In this document: positions 58,942-64,000 of the stretch, piece by piece
How the letters are laid out: each line of letters begins with the position of its first letter
Position numbering within the stretch: the first letter of the stretch is position 1
Source of the DNA: an archaeon
GTDB taxonomy: Archaea; Nanobdellota; Nanobdellia; Woesearchaeales; JAADFO01
DNA: 64,000 bases
NCBI GenBank assembly: GCA_043817075.1
Contig: JBDRHG010000005.1
Location: forward strand, 3,120-67,119
Direction: 5' to 3'
The notes under the pieces: model-generated
What the model was told of the DNA's origin: nothing
Seen by the model: only the letters and a program-made list of their open reading frames with translations
Databases searched by the model: none
Position numbers and translations under genes: made by a program

Positions 58942-60852
58942 ATGGGAAAAATCATAGGTATCGATCTAGGGACGAGCAATTCGGCAGCGGCTTTCCTCGA
59001 AGCGGGCAGGCCAAAGATCATCCCCAGCGCTGAAGGGGCTTCGCTTTACGGCAAGGCATTCCCGAGCGTGGTGGGAATCGACAAGGATGGTAACATCCTC
59101 GTCGGCGAACCTGCAAGGCGTCAGGCTGCAACCAACCCTGAGAACACGGTGGAGGGTGCCAAGCGAGAGATGGGCACGAACCACAAGTACAACATCCAGG
59201 GTAAGGAATACACGCCGCAGCAGATATCGGCATTCATCCTTCAGAAGATCAAGAAGGACGCTGAGGCATTCCTGGGCGACAAGGTCGAAAAAGCGGTGAT
59301 CACCGTCCCGGCCTACTTCGACGACAATCAACGCCAGGCGACCAAGGACGCCGGCCAGATCGCCGGTCTCGAGGTCGTGCGCATCATCAACGAGCCGACG
59401 TCGGCAGCGCTCGCCTATGGGCTCGACAAGCAGGAGACCGATCTCAAGATCCTGGTCTATGATTTCGGTGGCGGCACGCTCGACGTGACCGTCATGGAGT
59501 TAGGCGAGGGCGTCTTCGAGGTCAAGTCGACAAGCGGAGACACCAAACTGGGCGGCCGCGACATGGACAAGGTCCTCGTCGACCATTTCGTCGAGGTGTT
59601 CAAGAAGCAGGAGGGCATCGACATCTCCAATGATAAGACAGCCATGCAACGCCTGGCCGAAGCGGCGGAGAAGGCCAAGATTGAGCTCTCGACCACACTT
59701 GAGACCGACATCAACCTGCCCTTCCTCACCGCGGACCAGAACGGCCCCAAACATTTCGTATCAAAGCTTCGCCGTGCCCAACTCGAGGAACTCGTGCGAC
59801 CCTTGGTCGAACAGACCAAGCAATCGGTCGAACAATCCCTGAAGGACGCCTCGCTGTCCGCCAACGACATCGACAAGATCATCATGGTCGGCGGACCAAC
59901 CCGTATGCCCATCGTACAGAAATTCCTCGAGGATTTCGTTGGCAAGAAGGTGGAACACGGAGTCGACCCCATGGAATGTGTCGCTTCAGGCGCGGCCATC
60001 CAAGGCGGTGTCCTCGCAGGCGAGGTCAAGGATGTCCTCCTGCTGGATGTGACTCCACTATCGCTGGGCATCGAGACCTTGGGAAGCGTATTCACCAAGC
60101 TCATCGAACGCAACACGACCATACCGGCGAAGAAGAGCCAGGTATTCTCCACCGCTGCCGACAACCAGCCGGCGGTCACCATCAGGGTAGGCCAGGGAGA
60201 ACGGAAGATGTTCCCGGATAACAAATTGCTCGGACAGTTCGATCTGGTGGGACTCCCGCCCGCACCTCGTGGGATCCCCCAGATCGAAGTGACCTTCGAC
60301 ATCGACGCGAACGGCATCCTTCATGTGACGGCCAAGGACCTCGGCACCAAGAAAGAGCAGAGCATCAAGATAACTGCCCCCAACAAGCTCTCCGAGGAAG
60401 AGGTCGCCCGTATGAAGAAGGATGCCGAGGCCCATGCGGATGAGGACAAGAAGCGCATGAAAGAGATCGAGACCATCAACCAGGCTGATACCTTGACATA
60501 CTCGACCGAAAAGGTCCTCAAGGACATGGAAGGCAAGATCGACAAGAAAAAGGCCGAGGATATCCAGAAGATGCTCGACGAGCTCAAGAAGATGCTCGGC
60601 GAAGAGAAGAAGGATCTTCCCGCAATCAAGAAGAAGTCTGAAGAGCTCTCCACAAAAGTGCAAGAGGTTTCCACCGAGCTGTACAAGAAGGCAGCAGAGG
60701 AGGCCCAGAAACAGCAGGCTGCAAGCGGTGCCGCGGGAGCGGCCGCCCCTGGCAGCGGGAAAGGGAAGCCCGACACATCAGGAGAGGCGGAAGAGAAGGT
60801 CGTCGACGCCGACTTCAAGGTCGAAGACGAAGGTGAGAAAGGTAAGAAGTGA
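58942..60852 (+). CDS. dnaK: molecular chaperone DnaK (Hsp70)
   Basis: 636 aa. The segment [12 protein letters not shown], the full Hsp70 architecture and a C-terminal EEVD-less tail are present. Confidence 0.95.
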   Translation: MGKIIGIDLGTSNSAAAFLEAGRPKIIPSAEGASLYGKAFPSVVGIDKDGNILVGEPARRQAATNPENTVEGAKREMGTNHKYNIQGKEYTPQQISAFILQKIKKDAEAFLGDKVEKAVITVPAYFDDNQRQATKDAGQIAGLEVVRIINEPTSAALAYGLDKQETDLKILVYDFGGGTLDVTVMELGEGVFEVKSTSGDTKLGGRDMDKVLVDHFVEVFKKQEGIDISNDKTAMQRLAEAAEKAKIELSTTLETDINLPFLTADQNGPKHFVSKLRRAQLEELVRPLVEQTKQSVEQSLKDASLSANDIDKIIMVGGPTRMPIVQKFLEDFVGKKVEHGVDPMECVASGAAIQGGVLAGEVKDVLLLDVTPLSLGIETLGSVFTKLIERNTTIPAKKSQVFSTAADNQPAVTIRVGQGERKMFPDNKLLGQFDLVGLPPAPRGIPQIEVTFDIDANGILHVTAKDLGTKKEQSIKITAPNKLSEEEVARMKKDAEAHADEDKKRMKEIETINQADTLTYSTEKVLKDMEGKIDKKKAEDIQKMLDELKKMLGEEKKDLPAIKKKSEELSTKVQEVSTELYKKAAEEAQKQQAASGAAGAAAPGSGKGKPDTSGEAEEKVVDADFKVEDEGEKGKK

Positions 60853-60965
60853 TAAGGGAATTCTTGCTGAAATTTTTTCTTTTCTTTTTTTTCCCAGTCC
60901 ATGAATCCGTAACGACCCCTTTACAAACAATTATATAAACCCTGACGCAACCAGGAGACCACTCA

Positions 60966-62105
60966 ATGACGGACAAGGATTACTATGAGACCCTCGGTGT
61001 GAGCCGGGAAGCGAGCAAAGAGGAGATAAAGAAAGCGTATAAGAAGCTCGCGAAGAAATTACATCCCGATGTCAACAAAGATGACACCGCGACCGAACGC
61101 TTCAAGGAGATAAATGAAGCGGCGGCAGTGCTAGGCGATGACAAGAAACGCGAGCAGTATGACCGTTTCGGCACTACTGCCAACCATTTCTCCGATTTCT
61201 CAGGTTTCGATTTCGGCGGTGGCGGAGGCCGAGGTGGCGGAGCGAGTTTCGATTTCGATTCCATCTTCGACCAGTTCTTCGGAGGCGGTTTCTCTGGATT
61301 CAGAGGCGGAGGAAGACAAGGTCCCCGCCGTGGATCGAGTCTCCGCATGGATATGGACATCGATCTCGAAGACGCGGTGAGAGGTCTGGAGAGGACCGTG
61401 ACCATACCTAGGCAAGACACGTGCCCTACATGCCACGGCTCTGGAGCGGCCAACGAAGCAGACATCAAGACCTGCTCCACATGCGGTGGCCAGGGCGTGC
61501 AGCAGGTCACCAAACAGACACCTTTCGGAGTGTTCGCGACATCCACCACCTGCAGGGATTGCGATGGGACGGGGCAAAGGATCAAGAACCTTTGCCCAGA
61601 ATGCTCAGGCGCAGGATTGGCCCGGACGAACAAGAGAGTGACGGTGACTATCCCGCCAGGGATAGAGGACGGCAATCGCCTTAAGGTCGCTGGCGAAGGA
61701 GAGGCAGGAGAACGTGGCGCGCCTTCCGGCGATCTCTACATCATCGTGGGCATCAGACAGCATAAAGTGTTCACGCGCCGCGGCGACGACCTGCTCATCG
61801 ATGTGCCTATCTCGATCTTCACCGCCATACTCGGAGGAGAGATCGAGGTCCCGACCATTAGCGGAAAGGCCACGCTCAAGGTTACCGCAGGCACGCAGAG
61901 CCATACGGTGCTTCGCATGCGTGGCAAAGGCGTTCCACATCTCGACGGCTATGGGGAAGGCGACCAGCTGGTGCGGGTCATCGTCCACATCCCGTCGAGC
62001 CTGAAGAAGAAACAGCGGACTGCGCTCGAGAAGATGGCGAAAGACTCCGGCGAGGAGTTCAAGCCGAAGGAAGGGTTCTTCGACAGGCTACGCCATGCAT
62101 TCTAG
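60966..62105 (+). CDS. dnaJ: molecular chaperone DnaJ (type I Hsp40)
   Basis: 379 aa. It has a J-domain with HPD, a G/F-rich region and four CxxCxGxG zinc-finger repeats. Confidence 0.9.
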   Translation: MTDKDYYETLGVSREASKEEIKKAYKKLAKKLHPDVNKDDTATERFKEINEAAAVLGDDKKREQYDRFGTTANHFSDFSGFDFGGGGGRGGGASFDFDSIFDQFFGGGFSGFRGGGRQGPRRGSSLRMDMDIDLEDAVRGLERTVTIPRQDTCPTCHGSGAANEADIKTCSTCGGQGVQQVTKQTPFGVFATSTTCRDCDGTGQRIKNLCPECSGAGLARTNKRVTVTIPPGIEDGNRLKVAGEGEAGERGAPSGDLYIIVGIRQHKVFTRRGDDLLIDVPISIFTAILGGEIEVPTISGKATLKVTAGTQSHTVLRMRGKGVPHLDGYGEGDQLVRVIVHIPSSLKKKQRTALEKMAKDSGEEFKPKEGFFDRLRHAF

Positions 62106-62156
62106 CGAGTTCTAGAAAAAAAAAAGTTCTGATTTCTAATTTTCAGTCCGACAATT

Positions 62157-62672
62157 TCAATCCATCTCTTCTGTGCGCTTGATGATGCGATCGCCGTCGA
62201 TCTCTTCTAAATACTCAGCGACCTCAGGAGGAACCTGATCATCCCATGGCGCTCCTGATTCGATGCGTCGTCGGATCTCGGTCGCGCTGATGCCTTTGAA
62301 CCGATCATGCTCTATCACTTTTTTCCCTTCAGCTGAGAACAATTTTGCGACGAGCCTGTTGTCTCCCGCATAGACCGTGTCGAACCAGGGCATGCGGTGA
62401 ATGACATTGTGCACCCATACCTCGTCGTCATGGTCGTCTTCTTTTTCCCGAATGACGACGTTGTCCAGCTTCGCCGCTGCGAGCACACGGGAGATCATCT
62501 CCTTTCGTTCCTCGAGCGAGAATGGATTGTCTTCGGTGCGGGAGTACTGCGCGCTGCCGATGAGCACGATGACATCTTCAAAATTCTCGGCAGCCTCTTT
62601 GAGAATCTGGAGATGGCCTTGATGGAACGGTTGGAATCGTCCGGGGAACAGCGCGACTGCGATCTTCATCAC
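62157..62672 (-). CDS. nadM: nicotinamide-nucleotide adenylyltransferase (archaeal NMNAT)
   Basis: 171 aa. It has GRFQPFHQGH, the (H/T)xGH nucleotidyltransferase motif. It overlaps nadE by 4 nt. Confidence 0.8.
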   Translation of the reverse strand: MMKIAVALFPGRFQPFHQGHLQILKEAAENFEDVIVLIGSAQYSRTEDNPFSLEERKEMISRVLAAAKLDNVVIREKEDDHDDEVWVHNVIHRMPWFDTVYAGDNRLVAKLFSAEGKKVIEHDRFKGISATEIRRRIESGAPWDDQVPPEVAEYLEEIDGDRIIKRTEEMD

Positions 62673-63478
62673 CTCTTCAGCCCTGACGATATTGTCCGGG
62701 GCAGTTCACATTTATGTGCATTGGTCTCTGCGAGGGCGAGTATACGGCGTACTACATCTGGTTCGCCGACAGCGGCAGCGATGCTCTCCTCGTCCTTGCC
62801 ATCATCGTAACGTTGCCGAAGCACAGCGTCGATCACCTCATAGCTCGCGCCGATCTCTTCCTCATCTGTCTGACCAGGATGGAGGTCGGCGGTTGGTGGC
62901 GTCTCAAGTATCGCTGCCGCGATGTCAAGATGACGCCCGAGCCCATAGACCTCTCCCTTATATAGCCCACCCAATAGCTCGAAGTCCACTGCACCGTCTC
63001 CGTACTTGGTGAAATACCCCAGCAACATCTCGGTGCGGTTCGATGTGCCGCAGACGAGTTCATGATGGGTGTTGGCATGATGGTAGAGGATGACTGCACG
63101 CAGCCGAGAACATGCATTCATGTCCGCAAGCTTTGAGCCGTCCCAAGGTAATGCTCCGAAGGATCCGATGAAAGGATCAATCAGGATGGTTTGTGTCTTG
63201 ATGCCTAATGTATCTGCGAGGTTGTTGGCGTCATCTGTATGCCGTTTATCGCTCACTCCGCTATGGGGCATGATGAGACCGGTGACATTCTCCTTGCCGA
63301 GAGCCTGGACGAGGATGGCGGCGCAGACTGATGAATCGATTCCGCCAGAGAGTCCTATGACTGCCTTCTGGAACCCCGCATCAGAGAAGAATGCCTTCGT
63401 GCTCTCCACAAGACGAGCACACACTTCTTGCGAATCGAAATCCCGTCCTATCATGATTGACAGGATGGCCGCGCCCAT
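62669..63478 (-). CDS. nadE: NH3-dependent NAD+ synthetase
   Basis: 269 aa. It has the PP-loop SGGIDSS motif. Confidence 0.85.
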   Translation of the reverse strand: MGAAILSIMIGRDFDSQEVCARLVESTKAFFSDAGFQKAVIGLSGGIDSSVCAAILVQALGKENVTGLIMPHSGVSDKRHTDDANNLADTLGIKTQTILIDPFIGSFGALPWDGSKLADMNACSRLRAVILYHHANTHHELVCGTSNRTEMLLGYFTKYGDGAVDFELLGGLYKGEVYGLGRHLDIAAAILETPPTADLHPGQTDEEEIGASYEVIDAVLRQRYDDGKDEESIAAAVGEPDVVRRILALAETNAHKCELPRTISSGLKR

Positions 63479-63499
63479 ATATATTGGTTATGGAAGAGA

Positions 63500-63907
63500 T
63501 CAACGTTCCCTGGCGACGCGCGAAGAAGAATAGATATCAGGTCGATAAGCGGCAAGCCGGACGATCTCAGATGATAGGCCACGTTTCTTCAGCTCATCCG
63601 ACAGGTCCTGAGCGAATACCACCTGGTCATAGCCAAGGCATATGACGTCGGGTCTGAAATGTTCGATCGGCGCGAACTTATCTCTATCTTCGCCTAGAAC
63701 GACCTCGTCGACTTCTGGGATGGCCTGCACCTGAGCGAGCCTTCGGTCCTGCCCATTCACAGGAGGACGACCTTTGACCGCCTCTACCGTGAGATCGCGA
63801 CCCACGACGACGACCAGATGGGTCCCGTGCTTCTTGGCCTCTGAGAAGAGGAATCGATGACCTTCATGGAGGACATCGAATGTTCCGAACACCATGACCG
63901 TTCTCAT
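63500..63907 (-). CDS. ribL: cytidylyltransferase-like nucleotidyltransferase, probably FAD synthetase RibL
   Basis: 135 aa. It has GTFDVLHEGH (HxGH) and resembles the archaeal RibL family along its length. It is first gene of the ribL-nadE-nadM operon. Confidence 0.6.
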   Translation of the reverse strand: MRTVMVFGTFDVLHEGHRFLFSEAKKHGTHLVVVVGRDLTVEAVKGRPPVNGQDRRLAQVQAIPEVDEVVLGEDRDKFAPIEHFRPDVICLGYDQVVFAQDLSDELKKRGLSSEIVRLAAYRPDIYSSSRVARER

Positions 63908-64000
63908 GAGAAGAGGTGTGTCGCCATCGCATTTAATGGCTTCGCTCGAAGGAGCAGGGCAACATTTAAATATTCGCGACCAGGCCGCAGATTGATGCTT

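Overview
This is a GC-rich (about 57%) archaeal chromosomal core region, almost certainly euryarchaeal. Rpo subunits A and B are each split into two genes. Ribosomal proteins L30e, L37e, L44e and S27e are present, along with Nop10, aIF2-alpha, TFE, an Sm protein and tRNAs carrying introns. Strong Shine-Dalgarno sites of the form GGAGGTGA precede many genes. No transposases, integrases or CRISPR arrays are visible.

The window holds several housekeeping clusters:
- A lipoate and 2-oxoacid dehydrogenase operon: lipA, E1-alpha, E1-beta, E2 and lpdA, with a split lplB/lplA ligase nearby.
- Bacterial-type chaperones: groES-groL, and a putative regulator followed by grpE-dnaK-dnaJ.
- Central carbon metabolism: pgi plus a gnd-like fragment, eno-gpmI, pgk, a type-I gap next to ppsA, and a PfkB kinase.
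- The universal archaeal transcription cluster rpoH-rpoB2-rpoB1-rpoA1-rpoA2-rpl30e-nusA-rps12-rps7.
- An aspartate-to-NAD pathway in two operons: nadA-nadC-nadX and ribL-nadE-nadM.
- Three tRNAs (Lys, Asp, Tyr) upstream of rpoH, and a tRNA-Leu flanked by repeated hairpin modules.

The most unusual items are:
- A conserved inverted-repeat motif (TGATTGTTGA-N-TCAACA) upstream of both grpE and an M50/S2P protease gene. It is a candidate heat-shock operator for the adjacent winged-helix regulator.
- An APC amino-acid permease fused to a SAM-dependent methyltransferase domain.
- A 91-aa poly-lysine repeat (histone H1-like) protein expressed as its own transcription unit.
- A tRNA-Lys with an apparent non-canonical T-loop intron.
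- A tRNA-Leu with a duplicated 3' end and three copies of a flanking hairpin module, a possible integration scar.
- A PGK with a ~65-aa charged insertion, an E2 subunit with two peripheral-subunit-binding domains, a truncated Hel308-type helicase, and an uncharacterised ORF just downstream of groL.
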